Shown: one piece after another, positions 28,095 through 37,725 of the stretch | How the letters are laid out: every line of letters starts with the position of its first letter | Numbering within the stretch: position 1 is the first letter of the stretch | Assembly (NCBI GenBank): GCA_023442755.1 | Contig: JAEZXS010000244.1 | Span: forward strand, 1,801 to 65,800 | DNA length: 64,000 nt | Source of the DNA: Pseudomonadota bacterium | Lineage (GTDB): Bacteria > Desulfobacterota > Syntrophobacteria > Syntrophobacterales > Syntrophobacteraceae | Direction: 5' to 3' | Notes under the pieces: model-generated | The model's input: the letters and a program-made list of their open reading frames with translations, nothing else | What the model was told of the DNA's origin: nothing | Databases searched by the model: none | Made by a program: the position numbers and the translations under genes

Positions 28095-28483
28095 TTGCTT
28101 TCCCTCCATTCCGAAGCGACACTCTTCCGTAAGACGGTTACCGGTTAAGATACTGCGGCCCGAACTGCGGGTGGGACATGAATTCTCCAGTCTTAGACTC
28201 TAGTCGGTAAGGAAGGCTGAAAACTAAAAACTTAACGGACCTATAATCATTGTTGGATCCTCACCGCCCTTCAGGCACGTTTGTCGTCGCCGCCCTCCCA
28301 TGCGGGCATCCCAAGACTCCGCGGAAGGCGCCTCAGCTCCCGGATACAGCTTCCCGGGATTGAAGAATAATTGCTGGCCCTTTGCCGGCACGGATGATAA
28401 ATAGGCTCGAAATCCCGACAAAAACTGAAGCGCCGGGCAAGGCGCTTGTCATTACGCCATTTAAAGGAGCCGGTTCGGAGTTC

Positions 28484-29389
28484 ATGACGGAAAAAACACC
28501 ACACAAATTGGGAACTTTACTGGTCAGCGGCTTTCTGGGAGCGGGCAAGACCACCTTTATCATGGAGCATGTGAAAACCTCTCAAGGCAGGACGGCGGTC
28601 CTGGTAAACGAGTTCGGCGATCTGGGAGTCGACGGTTCGCTGATCGATTCGAAGAACGGGGTCGATGTCGTGGAGGTGCCCGGCGGGTGCATCTGCTGTG
28701 GCCAGCAGGAAGGTTTGAAGGAAAGCATCCGGACGATTGCCGAAAAGATCAAGCCGGATACGCTTCTGATAGAACCAAGCGGCATTGCCCAGGCCTCGGG
28801 GGTCATAAATGTGCTGGAAGACGAAGTGCTCGCGGATGTTGTCCGGCTCGATGCCGTCATCACCATCGTGGACGCGTCGTCGTTTCTCGAGTTTTCAAAG
28901 CCGGAAACCTTCGGCACCTTCTTCCTCGACCAGGTAACCAACGCCGACCTTATCGTAATCAATAAAACCGACATGGTTTCCCCGGAGGAACTCGAAAAGG
29001 TATCCCGGCGAGTCTCAGTTCTGAATCCTTCCGCGCTGAGCGTGGAAACGACATTCTGCCGGATGGAAAGCCCTCTGCCGTCGGGCAGGACCAAAAAGGT
29101 TTTCTCCATGGGCAGGTTCAGCATCGGGATGGAGTGTTTCAGCATGGTCCCCGGTCAGCCGATTTCCAGGGACCGGCTGGACCAGTTCACCTCTGCCGTC
29201 ATCAAAGGAAGTTTCGGAAGGGTCTATCGGGGCAAAGGGATTTTCCCGAGTCCGGACGGCGGATGGGTCAACCTGCAGATTGTCGGCGAGAATGTGTCCG
29301 TAACACCTTTTTCGGAAGAGGTCCGGCCGCGGCTCACTCTCATCGGCTACGATCTGGACCGGCAGCAGGTCAGCCGGTTTTTGAGCTGA
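28484..29389 (+). CDS. CobW/COG0523-family G3E GTPase (metallochaperone-like)
   Basis: Walker A GFLGAGKTTF, CxCC motif GGCICCG, NKTD. I chose the start MTEKTPH, preceded by AAAGGAG. Confidence 0.8.
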   Translation: MTEKTPHKLGTLLVSGFLGAGKTTFIMEHVKTSQGRTAVLVNEFGDLGVDGSLIDSKNGVDVVEVPGGCICCGQQEGLKESIRTIAEKIKPDTLLIEPSGIAQASGVINVLEDEVLADVVRLDAVITIVDASSFLEFSKPETFGTFFLDQVTNADLIVINKTDMVSPEELEKVSRRVSVLNPSALSVETTFCRMESPLPSGRTKKVFSMGRFSIGMECFSMVPGQPISRDRLDQFTSAVIKGSFGRVYRGKGIFPSPDGGWVNLQIVGENVSVTPFSEEVRPRLTLIGYDLDRQQVSRFLS

Positions 29390-29544
29390 TTCGGTCGCGA
29401 CAATACAACGGAAAATGCCGGCTGGGCCGTACCTGAGCCCTTGCCGGCCGCCTTTCCGCGATCATCTATATGATGATTCGGGTCAGGTTATTTGCAGGAC
29501 TTTTTCTTTTTCGCGAAATCACCGATTCCGTGCTCGTAGGGTAT

Positions 29545-29643
29545 TCAGCCGGAAGAGCCTTCCATCCCGGGCAGGATCCACCTGTCGATCACGTACCAGA
29601 GGCCGGCTGCGGCTGCTATGATGATGATCACTCCCAACTCCAT
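29545..29643 (-). CDS. Possible 32-aa single-TM micropeptide
   Basis: GGAGGAGG lies 5 nt before the ATG. Product: MELGVIIIIAAAAGLWYVIDRWILPGMEGSSG. Confidence 0.35.
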   Translation of the reverse strand: MELGVIIIIAAAAGLWYVIDRWILPGMEGSSG

Positions 29644-29936
29644 CGAATCCTCCTCCGTGTGCGGCAAATCTCGGATGCTGTAATCATTGCCAATACGTAA
29701 TGCATATTCAAGCAAAAAGAACTGTTGGCCCGAAGATACCCAACTCAGCGGCACACGCCCCCATTTGAAATGCAATAATATTTTTCTGGAGATTTTCGTT
29801 TAGTTTGAGAAATTCTTAATTTTGTGCTTTTGTTTTCCCTACCTGGTGGAAGTGCTGGAAAACCCCGGTCATGCGAGTCACCAAAACCCGGGGCCAAACC
29901 GGTCGAACCTCGAAGCCGACAAATTGAGGAGACGTC

Positions 29937-30554
29937 ATGAGTTCCCAGACAGATCAGAGCGGTGAACCTTTCGTGCAGACGCTTACCTCTTTTCAGGAAA
30001 AATGTTCACTTTGCGGCAATGTATTTCCGCAGGACGTGATGGTCCGGTTTGGCGATAAATGGGTCTGTGCGACCTGCAAACCAAACTATGTACAAATGGT
30101 CCAACAGGGGTTGGCCGCATCGGGGCAGGTACGGTACGGTGGTTTCTGGATACGCTTCGGAGCCAGGGTGATCGATACTATTATTCTCCAGGTCGCCAAC
30201 TATATTGTGGTTGCCGGCATTGCACTGGTTTTTGCCATTGATGTAAAGCCCTCCAGCCCCAGTCAATTCACCGTAATGACCCTGCTGCAGATAGCCACAG
30301 CCTTGGTTTTGGGGCTTTCTTATGAGGTATGGTTCCTCGGGAACTACAGCGCGACTCCGGGCAAAATGATATGCGGGCTGAATGTTGTGCGTCCGGATGG
30401 CGAAAAGATAAGTTATATGCGGGCGCTGGGCCGGTATTTCGCCACGGGTCTGAGCGCTGCCATCATCGGGATCGGGTACATAATGGCCGGGTTTGACAGC
30501 GAGAAAAGAGCCCTTCACGACAGGGTCTGCGACACGCGGGTAGTCCGTAGATGA
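29937..30554 (+). CDS. Zinc-ribbon + RDD-family membrane protein (operon gene 1)
   Basis: CSLCGN...CATCKP, then the RDD-type segment YGGFWIRFGARVIDTIIL...RALHDRVCDTRVV. GAGGAG lies before the ATG. Confidence 0.75.
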   Translation: MSSQTDQSGEPFVQTLTSFQEKCSLCGNVFPQDVMVRFGDKWVCATCKPNYVQMVQQGLAASGQVRYGGFWIRFGARVIDTIILQVANYIVVAGIALVFAIDVKPSSPSQFTVMTLLQIATALVLGLSYEVWFLGNYSATPGKMICGLNVVRPDGEKISYMRALGRYFATGLSAAIIGIGYIMAGFDSEKRALHDRVCDTRVVRR

Positions 30555-31138
30555 TGGATGAATCCAGCGGCACGGCCATCTTTAACTGTTCCAAATGCGG
30601 AGCAGCCTTGCCGGACGGTGTGTTTCACACGAAACTGCCGGTTCCGTGTGAAAGGTGCGGCGCCGAGTCCCAAGTGCTTGTTTTTCCCGCACTGGTCAAT
30701 GGAACGTCCCGGGTGCAGTACGGCGATGCGCTGGAAACCGATGACGAAGCAAGTTGTTTCTATCACCCGGAGAAACGCGCGGTAACCGCATGTGAAAGTT
30801 GCGGCCGTTTTCTGTGCTCCCTGTGCGAGATAGGCATATCCGGCCGCAAGCTCTGCCCGAACTGCCTGGAACTGGGAAAGAACGATGAGCGGATAGTCGA
30901 GCTGGTGACGTACCGGACGCTCTACGACAGCATTGCCTGGGCGCTGGGCGTATGGCCCCTGCTGATAATAATCATGACAATAGTTACTGCGCCCATGGCA
31001 ATATATATTTCCGTTCGGCATTGGAAATCACCGACGAGCATTCTGGGCAGGACGAAGATCAGGTTTATCCTGGCGATCATCATAGCGCTGCTGGAACTGG
31101 GCGGATGGGCCGGAGTCCTGTCCCTGATACACCGCTGA
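30551..31138 (+). CDS. Zinc-ribbon + B-box-type zinc-finger membrane protein (gene 2)
   Basis: CSKCG...CERCG, then CFYHPEKRAVTACESCGRFLCSLC...CPNC, then 2-3 TM helices. ATGA overlap with gene 1. Confidence 0.65.
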   Translation: MMDESSGTAIFNCSKCGAALPDGVFHTKLPVPCERCGAESQVLVFPALVNGTSRVQYGDALETDDEASCFYHPEKRAVTACESCGRFLCSLCEIGISGRKLCPNCLELGKNDERIVELVTYRTLYDSIAWALGVWPLLIIIMTIVTAPMAIYISVRHWKSPTSILGRTKIRFILAIIIALLELGGWAGVLSLIHR

Positions 31139-32223
31139 TGGCGGGTCCGTTCGACAAGGAATCACAGGTGGAATACAGACGCCTCCCTGGAAAAAAGAAG
31201 GTCTTCCTTCGTCAGAACACCCTCTGGCTTGGTGAAGATCACCTCCTGGCTGTAGAATCCAACTACTTCAACGAAAGATATAACCGGCTCTACTTCAGGG
31301 ATTTCCAGGCCATTATCGTTCGAAAAACCAACAGATTTGCAGCCTGCAACATCGTGACGGCCACAGCGGCCGGTTTATGCGCCGTTTCAATGATTGCAGC
31401 GGGCGCCTGGCACTACCTGGGACTGAGCTTGGTCAGCGGCATAGCCCTTCTGCTATCTTTGATCGCGCTTGCAATGAACCTGATCCGTGGCGCCACATGT
31501 ACCTGCCATGTCGGAATGCCCCTTGCAGTTCATAACCTGCAGTCCGTTTGCAGGCTGAAATATGCACAGCGTATCCTTGCGGAAATTACCCCTCTCGTGC
31601 AAAAGTACCAGGGCCCGATGGATGTGGATGAGATCCGGTCCCAGTGGTTGCGCGGGGAGGTTTCCGGTACCCTGCCGGATTCGAAGCCGCGGGTAAACGG
31701 CTTACCACCGACCGGGGCGGTGCAGGAAGGTTCCTGTTTCTTTCACACGCTGCTATCGGGAGCTTTGCTCCTCGAAGTCCTGGTCACGGTGCTCGAGTTC
31801 CACTCCGGCCACTCCATGGTAAGACTGGCCAATGTCGTCACAGGCGCACTCCTTTTCGCGCTGGTGGTGACGGCGCTTGTCAAGCAACACCGGCGCTCGC
31901 TTCCCCGCACCTTGAAGGGATGGACCTGGACGGTCGCCGTGATGCTCGTTGTCTTTAATCTCGTTGCCATGTTCGCAGCCACAGTGATTCTGACGCTCAA
32001 AAGAGGCCCGAGGTCTCAAGCCGATCCGTTATCCTCCCTCCTCGAGTTTACCCCGGATGCCCATCCTTTCATGTCCAGGATATATGTCTGCTACATCATC
32101 GTATCGGTCGTCCTCGCCATATGGGGGCTGGCCGTAATAGCGGTTCACCGGAGGCAGTCCCGGAACAGGCCTTCATCCGGTGCGGATGCCTCCGCCTCCA
32201 TCCGGGAAGGTTCGGGCGCATGA
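31138..32223 (+). CDS. Polytopic membrane protein, unknown family (gene 3)
   Basis: The ATG at 31138 overlaps the gene 2 stop by 1 nt. Soluble N-terminus MAGPFDKESQVEYRRLPGKKKVFLRQNTLWLGEDHLL, then at least 5 TM. Confidence 0.6.
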   Translation: MAGPFDKESQVEYRRLPGKKKVFLRQNTLWLGEDHLLAVESNYFNERYNRLYFRDFQAIIVRKTNRFAACNIVTATAAGLCAVSMIAAGAWHYLGLSLVSGIALLLSLIALAMNLIRGATCTCHVGMPLAVHNLQSVCRLKYAQRILAEITPLVQKYQGPMDVDEIRSQWLRGEVSGTLPDSKPRVNGLPPTGAVQEGSCFFHTLLSGALLLEVLVTVLEFHSGHSMVRLANVVTGALLFALVVTALVKQHRRSLPRTLKGWTWTVAVMLVVFNLVAMFAATVILTLKRGPRSQADPLSSLLEFTPDAHPFMSRIYVCYIIVSVVLAIWGLAVIAVHRRQSRNRPSSGADASASIREGSGA

Positions 32224-32528
32224 CAGAGGTATCCCGACTCCGGTGTTTCAACCACGGCAACCGGGAGGCGGTGGCGCGCTGCCCCGCATGCTCGCGGACC
32301 TTTTGCCGGGAGTGCATAACCGAGCACGAAAATCGGGTAATTTGCGCCCAGTGCCTGTCGGCATTAGGGCAAGACGGCCGGGGGAAGCGCTCACGCGCCG
32401 CCGTGATGCTTCACGGGATAGTAAGCCTGGTGAGCTTCATTTTTCTCTGGGCAGTGTTTTACTATCTCGGGAAAATCCTGTTGAGCATGCCTTCTACATT
32501 TCATGAACCTTTTCAACACCTGTTCTAG
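32220..32528 (+). CDS. B-box-type zinc-finger protein with a C-terminal TM anchor (gene 4)
   Basis: ATGA overlap with gene 3. CFNHGNREAVARCPACSRTFCRECITEHENRVICAQC, then the hydrophobic segment HGIVSLVSFIFLWAVFYYLG. Confidence 0.6.
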   Translation: MTEVSRLRCFNHGNREAVARCPACSRTFCRECITEHENRVICAQCLSALGQDGRGKRSRAAVMLHGIVSLVSFIFLWAVFYYLGKILLSMPSTFHEPFQHLF

Positions 32529-32539
32529 AGACCAGAAAA

Positions 32540-34204
32540 ATGATTCCGGGCAATTCCCGCAGACCTGAAAAAGGGGCATTGGAAATTATCGAGGAAGCGA
32601 GCCTCCTGCTGAGGGTGGCTCCCGTCGGGAACATTCTCCGGTATTATCTGGGAACCGCCCCTTTTGTGCTCGGGTTCCTGTTATTCTGGGTCGACATGAG
32701 CAGCAGGGGGACTGCCGGCCCCCACCTGGCACATGCGTCACTGGGTATTGCCGTCCTCTACATCTGGATGAAGTGCTGGCAGGCGGTTTTCGTTTCCAGG
32801 CTCCGCTCTTTCCTGGAGGAAGCTCCTCCCGCCGGGTGGAACAGGGCGCGCCTGTTCCGGCTCGTCGGTATACAGTCGGCCTTGACACCCTGTATGGCAA
32901 TACTCCTTCCGCTTGCCCTTCTTGTTGCGCTGCCCTTCGGCTGGTGCTATGCATTTTTCCAGAACATCTCGATTTTCGGGGACGGATGCGGCAAACTGAA
33001 GACGAGCACGCGGAGCGCCTGGCGCCAGAGCCTTTTGTGGCCGGCACAAAACCACAAGATCATTCTCATTTACCTGGTCCTCACCGTGGTTGCCTTCTTC
33101 AATATCTGTGCGGCGGCCTACCTCGTCCCGACAGTGCTGCTGAAAGGCCTGCTGGGAATCGAGACCGTTTTCTCGCGCAACAGCGCTTTTTTCCTCAATA
33201 CCACCTTCCTGCTCGCAATGGCTTGCGTTACCTACCTGTGCGTAAACCCGCTCATAAAGGCCGCTTACGTCCTGCGCTGCTTTTACGGGGAATCCCTGTC
33301 TTCCGGGCGGGACATCCTGGCAGACTGGGGCAGGCTCCACCGCTTTGCAGGCCGGACGGTTCTGGTCTTCGCGATCACCGTCGCCACGCTGTTCTTTTCG
33401 CATAACGAAACGGCCGGGGCCGGGATTTCTACCCCACCGGCCGTTCAAACCGTGCCTCCGGAAAGGCTCGACCGCGCCATCTCGGACGTGATCGGGGGAA
33501 CGGAATATTCCTGGAGACTTCCTCGCGAACGGGTCGAGGAGCCCAAATCTTCCGGTTTTCCGGGGCAGGTCCTGGAGACGGTTGGCAGTTGGCTGAAAAA
33601 GCTCTGGGGCTGGCTGGTCGATGCCGTCGAATGGCTGAGCGAATGGCTGGGGAAGCTGATGGGCGAGCAATCGAACGCGGCGCCGGCCAAGCGCTCCGGC
33701 ATGTCCGGCAGCGTGAAGCTTTGGCTCACCCTGTTGCTGGCCGTTGCGGCGGTTACCGTCGCCTTGCTGCTCCGGAAGGTCCTGAAAGCCGGAAAGCCTT
33801 GCGCGAAAGCCGTGGGGGGAGAAGCGCCGGGCCGGTCCGAAGTTGACCTGAGCGATGAGCAAATCTCGGCCGATCAACTGCCGGAGTCCCGGTGGCTGAC
33901 ATTGGCGAAGAATCTGCTGAAAGATGGCGAGTACCGTCTCGCATTGCGGGCATTCCATTTTGCCGCCCTGGTCCATCTGTCCGACCGGAGCCTTCTGACT
34001 GTCTCGAGGTTCAAATCCAACCGGGATTACGAGCGCGAGCTCAGAAGACGCGCCCACGCCTTTCCCGGCCTGATCGACGCATTTTCCGAAAATATCACGA
34101 TCCTGGAAAAAGTCTGGTATGGGATGCACAGTGCCGGGCAGGGAACAATTCGGAAGTTCCTGGACAATCAGGAACAGATCACGGCAGATGCGCATGTCCG
34201 ATAA
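32540..34204 (+). CDS. Large membrane protein with a DUF4129-like C-terminal domain (gene 5)
   Basis: Multiple TM. C-terminus WLTLAKNLLKDGEYRLALRAFHFAALVHLSDRSLLTVSRFKSNRDYEREL is typical of DUF4129. Confidence 0.65.
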   Translation: MIPGNSRRPEKGALEIIEEASLLLRVAPVGNILRYYLGTAPFVLGFLLFWVDMSSRGTAGPHLAHASLGIAVLYIWMKCWQAVFVSRLRSFLEEAPPAGWNRARLFRLVGIQSALTPCMAILLPLALLVALPFGWCYAFFQNISIFGDGCGKLKTSTRSAWRQSLLWPAQNHKIILIYLVLTVVAFFNICAAAYLVPTVLLKGLLGIETVFSRNSAFFLNTTFLLAMACVTYLCVNPLIKAAYVLRCFYGESLSSGRDILADWGRLHRFAGRTVLVFAITVATLFFSHNETAGAGISTPPAVQTVPPERLDRAISDVIGGTEYSWRLPRERVEEPKSSGFPGQVLETVGSWLKKLWGWLVDAVEWLSEWLGKLMGEQSNAAPAKRSGMSGSVKLWLTLLLAVAAVTVALLLRKVLKAGKPCAKAVGGEAPGRSEVDLSDEQISADQLPESRWLTLAKNLLKDGEYRLALRAFHFAALVHLSDRSLLTVSRFKSNRDYERELRRRAHAFPGLIDAFSENITILEKVWYGMHSAGQGTIRKFLDNQEQITADAHVR

Positions 34205-35432
34205 GACCGCTGCATTTCTTCTCGTCCTGCTGCTGGGCTGCGTTTCTGCGGGCCTTTACGGTGTGTTGATGCTGCGCTTCGAAACCGGGGACGTCTATCC
34301 GGCATACTCCTCCCTGCGCCCGGACCCTCTTGGCGCAAAGGCGCTTTTCGAGGCCTTCGAGCGGATTCCGGGCGTCTCCATCGAGCGTAATTATCGGCCG
34401 TTGACGAAGCTTGCCGGCAAAGAAAATCTGACCCTTTTCTATCTCGGCCTGCGGCCGGAATTCCTGGCCTCGGGTCCGGATAAGGTCGTGGACGGCATCG
34501 AGGCACTGGCCGGGAAGGGCGCGAGGGTGGTTATGGCATTCCGGTCTGGGGTGAGAAGACCGGCCGCCAGGATTGTGCCGCCGGGAACCGCCGGAGAGAA
34601 TGAAAATCCCCGGCAGAATTCGCAAAAAGACACGGATGAACAGCAGGCAGCAGACGCTCAGCGGGAAAAGGAAGCCAGGAAATCCGCCGGAGAGAAGTGG
34701 GGGGTGAAAGCGTCTTACCTGCCGGCCCTTCAGCCGAATGAGCGGGACATTGCCGTTGCGTCTCTCAAGGAGGGGGCAGCCGGGTTGCCTGACGATTTCC
34801 CCCTGCACTCCGCCTTCTGTTTCAAAGACCTCGGCCGTGACTGGAAGGTCCTCTATTCCGCGGGGGAATGTCCGATCATCATAGAACGTCCCCTTGGGGC
34901 CGGAGGCCTGGTCCTGGTTGCCGATTCCTTCATTTTCAGCAATGAAGCCATGCTGAAAGAGCGCAGCCCGTGTCTGCTCTCATGGCTTGCGGGCAATTGC
35001 CGGTCGATCGTTTTCGATGAGCATCATCTCGGGGTGAGCGAGCATCCGGGAATGATGACGCTTTTGCGAAGATACCGGCTGCACGGCTTTTTCGCCGCAC
35101 TGGCATTGCTGTCGGGGTTGTTTCTCTGGCGCAACATGGTCCGCTTTATCCCGGAAGTGATGGATGAACCCGCCAAAAATCCGGGCGTTTCTCCCGGGGG
35201 GGACCAGGTGGACGGCCTGGTGAATCTTTTGGGGAGGAACATAAAACCCGGGGTTCTTCTGGCAACGTGCTTTGACGAGTGGGAGAAGACCGCCGGACGG
35301 GACCGCCGCGGGATGGATGATAGAATCCGGCAGGCGCGCGACGTCGTCCGGGAGGAAACCGGCAAGAAACGGGACAATGCCGCGGCTTACAGGGAGATTT
35401 CCCGAATTCTCTCAGACAGGATACGCAGATGA
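34188..35432 (+). CDS. DUF4350-like membrane-anchored protein (gene 6)
   Basis: The start at 34188 or 34194 overlaps the end of gene 5. N-terminal TM, then YSSLRPDPLGAKALFEAFERIPGVSIERNY. C-terminal TM. Confidence 0.55.
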   Translation: MRMSDKTAAFLLVLLLGCVSAGLYGVLMLRFETGDVYPAYSSLRPDPLGAKALFEAFERIPGVSIERNYRPLTKLAGKENLTLFYLGLRPEFLASGPDKVVDGIEALAGKGARVVMAFRSGVRRPAARIVPPGTAGENENPRQNSQKDTDEQQAADAQREKEARKSAGEKWGVKASYLPALQPNERDIAVASLKEGAAGLPDDFPLHSAFCFKDLGRDWKVLYSAGECPIIIERPLGAGGLVLVADSFIFSNEAMLKERSPCLLSWLAGNCRSIVFDEHHLGVSEHPGMMTLLRRYRLHGFFAALALLSGLFLWRNMVRFIPEVMDEPAKNPGVSPGGDQVDGLVNLLGRNIKPGVLLATCFDEWEKTAGRDRRGMDDRIRQARDVVREETGKKRDNAAAYREISRILSDRIRR

Positions 35433-36400
35433 ATGGTTATGACGATGCGGACCGATTGAAGGAGAGCCTCAATCGGGCAAGAGAGGAGCTGGCCAAGGTA
35501 ATCATAGGCCAGAAGGATACCATCGACCTGGCCCTGGTGGCGGTATTGACGGGGCAGCACATCCTGGTGGAAGGTGTGCCGGGGGTGGCCAAAACCCTGC
35601 TCGTTCGCACCCTGGCCCATGTGTTCGGAGGCCAGTTCTCCCGAATCCAGTTCACCCCGGACCTCATGCCCGCAGATATCACCGGTACGCATATTTTCAA
35701 CATGAAAGAAGGCGAATTCGTACTGGCCAAGGGTCCCATATTCACCAAATTCCTTCTGGCCGACGAAATCAATCGGGCTCCGGCCAAGACTCAGTCGGCA
35801 TTGCTTCAGGGCATGCAGGAGAAAGCGGTCACCATCGACCGGCAGACCTACCCGCTCCCACCGGAATTCATCGTATTCGCCACGCAGAACCCGGTCGAAT
35901 TCGAGGGTACCTACCCGTTGCCGGAAGCCCAGAGGGACAGGTTCATGCTCAAGCTTTCGATGACCAGTCCGGCCAGGGAAGAAGAACTCATGCTGGCGAA
36001 ACGCATGCTCGGCTCGGACACCCCGGAGGATGTGCTGGCAAGGGGTGCGGTAAACCAGGTGGTTGCGGACGGCGAATTGACGCGGCTCAAAGGAGACCTT
36101 GGTTCGATAACCGTTCGCGAGGAACTGATCGAGTATGTTCTGGACATCGTGCGCGCGAGCCGCACGCATCACGCCGTGCTGCTGGGCGCGGGACCACGCG
36201 CGACCCAGAGCCTGCTGCTGGCTGCCCGCGCCTATGCCGCGGTCTCGGGGCGGGATTTCGTGACCCCTGACGATGTGAAATTCCTGGCGCCGCACGCCCT
36301 CGTGCATCGGCTGATTTTGCGCCCCGAATATGAAATCCAGGGAACGACGGTTTCCGAGGTGGTGGAATCGCTGCTCCAGGAGGTAGCCGTACCGAGATGA
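35429..36400 (+). CDS. moxR: MoxR-family AAA+ ATPase (gene 7)
   Basis: GVPGVAKT, LLADEINRAPAKTQSALLQGMQE, VFATQNP. ATGA overlap with gene 6. Confidence 0.9.
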   Translation: MNGYDDADRLKESLNRAREELAKVIIGQKDTIDLALVAVLTGQHILVEGVPGVAKTLLVRTLAHVFGGQFSRIQFTPDLMPADITGTHIFNMKEGEFVLAKGPIFTKFLLADEINRAPAKTQSALLQGMQEKAVTIDRQTYPLPPEFIVFATQNPVEFEGTYPLPEAQRDRFMLKLSMTSPAREEELMLAKRMLGSDTPEDVLARGAVNQVVADGELTRLKGDLGSITVREELIEYVLDIVRASRTHHAVLLGAGPRATQSLLLAARAYAAVSGRDFVTPDDVKFLAPHALVHRLILRPEYEIQGTTVSEVVESLLQEVAVPR

Positions 36401-37725
36401 TAGTTCCATGCAACAGGCTGCTGTTCCTGGTGGGAGTCACGACTCTGCCCATGTCGGTCGTCGCCGCGGCGGTTCCCGCCGTTTTGCCGCTGCTGCTTGG
36501 AACGTTCGCGGTAATCACGCTGATCAGCCTGCTGGATGCGCTGCATGCCGGCCGAGCGATAAGAGGTTTGCATGTGAAATTTCCGGAGAAGGTTAATCTC
36601 CTTCGGAAACATGACGAGTTCCTGAATTTCACCGTCTATCACGATCGCCCGTTCGGGACGCTGTATATGGGGCTTGCCCTGCCTCGCGAGGTGCAGACGA
36701 CGCGCAGAGAGCTGGTTGTCGCTCTGCCGCCGGAAGGCGAAGGGCTGCCGATCGCCTGGCCTGTAAACGCGAAGGCGAGAGGGGAGTATGTGCTTTCCAG
36801 GTGCTATTTTCGCGTTCCGTCCCGTCTCGGATTGTGGATGAAGCAGGGAAGCCTGCCGGCCGGAACCCGAATCTTTGTTTACCCGGACCTTTTGAGCGAG
36901 CACAGGAGAGTTTGGGCTCTCTTCCCGCGCCGGGGTGGAGCGGGTATTCATGTCCATCGCCAAAGAGGCCAGGGGAAAGAGTTCGAGAAACTTCGGGACT
37001 ACCTGCCGGGAGACAGCATGAGCGACGTGCACTGGAGGATGACCGCCAAACGCAACAGGCTGGTGACCAAGGAATACCAGTTGGAGCGTACGCAGGAGAT
37101 TTACGTGGTCATCGACGCTTCGCGGCTCAGCGCCCGGCCTGCCGGCCCGGACGCGGCTGAACCTCTTCTGGAGCGTTATATCGGTTCGGCATTGATTCTC
37201 GGCGATTTTGCCCAGCGACAGGGCGACCGGTTCGGATTGCTCGCTTTCAGCAATCGCATGCTGACCTTCATCAGGGCCGCCGGGGGCAAAATGCATTTTC
37301 GAGCCTGCCGCGATGCCCTGCTGAACCTGCATCCACAGCCGGTCACTCCCGATTTCGAGGAGCTTGCCGGCACAATTTTGCAGAACCTGAGGCGGAGAGC
37401 GCTGCTGCTGTTCCTGACGAGCCTGGATGACCCGTCCCTGGCCGACAGTTTCATGTCCGATTTGGAAGCGGTCGCCCGCAGGCACATCATCCTTGTCAAT
37501 ATGATCAGGCATTCCTCGGCGCGCCCCCTCTTTTCCGACGGGGAGGTGGCCGGCGACCGGGATATCTACAGCCGGCTGGGAGGGCACCTGGTCTGGAACA
37601 ATCTTCGGCAGCTGGATGTCCTGCTCCGGCGGCGCGGGATGGGCTTTGCTCTTGCCGACCGGGAAAATCTGGGCGTGGAGATGATCGATCGCTACGTCGA
37701 TATCAAACGAAGGCAGGTTCTGTGA
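36397..37725 (+). CDS. DUF58 (vWA-like) protein, the usual MoxR partner (gene 8)
   Basis: LRDYLPGDSMSDVHWRMTAKRNRLVTKEYQLERTQEIYVVIDAS. Two N-terminal TM. ATGA overlap. Confidence 0.85.
   Translation: MIVPCNRLLFLVGVTTLPMSVVAAAVPAVLPLLLGTFAVITLISLLDALHAGRAIRGLHVKFPEKVNLLRKHDEFLNFTVYHDRPFGTLYMGLALPREVQTTRRELVVALPPEGEGLPIAWPVNAKARGEYVLSRCYFRVPSRLGLWMKQGSLPAGTRIFVYPDLLSEHRRVWALFPRRGGAGIHVHRQRGQGKEFEKLRDYLPGDSMSDVHWRMTAKRNRLVTKEYQLERTQEIYVVIDASRLSARPAGPDAAEPLLERYIGSALILGDFAQRQGDRFGLLAFSNRMLTFIRAAGGKMHFRACRDALLNLHPQPVTPDFEELAGTILQNLRRRALLLFLTSLDDPSLADSFMSDLEAVARRHIILVNMIRHSSARPLFSDGEVAGDRDIYSRLGGHLVWNNLRQLDVLLRRRGMGFALADRENLGVEMIDRYVDIKRRQVL

Noticed and set aside
29838-29860. Sigma54-like promoter (ctggtggaagtgctgg) upstream of the ten-gene operon, and a similar TGGCCC...GC string at 28372-28390
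   Set aside because: The GG-to-GC spacing is 8-9 nt rather than the canonical spacing of the TGGCAC-N5-TTGC consensus.
30952-31137. Upstream extension of gene 3 as drawn in the ORF track
   Set aside because: It would overlap almost 190 nt of gene 2 in another frame. The ATG at 31138 gives a 1-nt stop/start junction consistent with the rest of the operon.
32738-37587. Several long minus-strand ORFs (32738-34195, 35387-36409, 36232-37587) and plus/minus shadows elsewhere (6980-7909, 7919-9043, 21353-22387, 39753-40856, 53846-55087, 57356-58405, 61124-62656, 11278-12252, 12614-13711, 46397-47197, 47206-48099, 47979-48866)
   Set aside because: All lie opposite genes with clear family signatures. 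They lack SD sequences and have low-complexity shadow composition.
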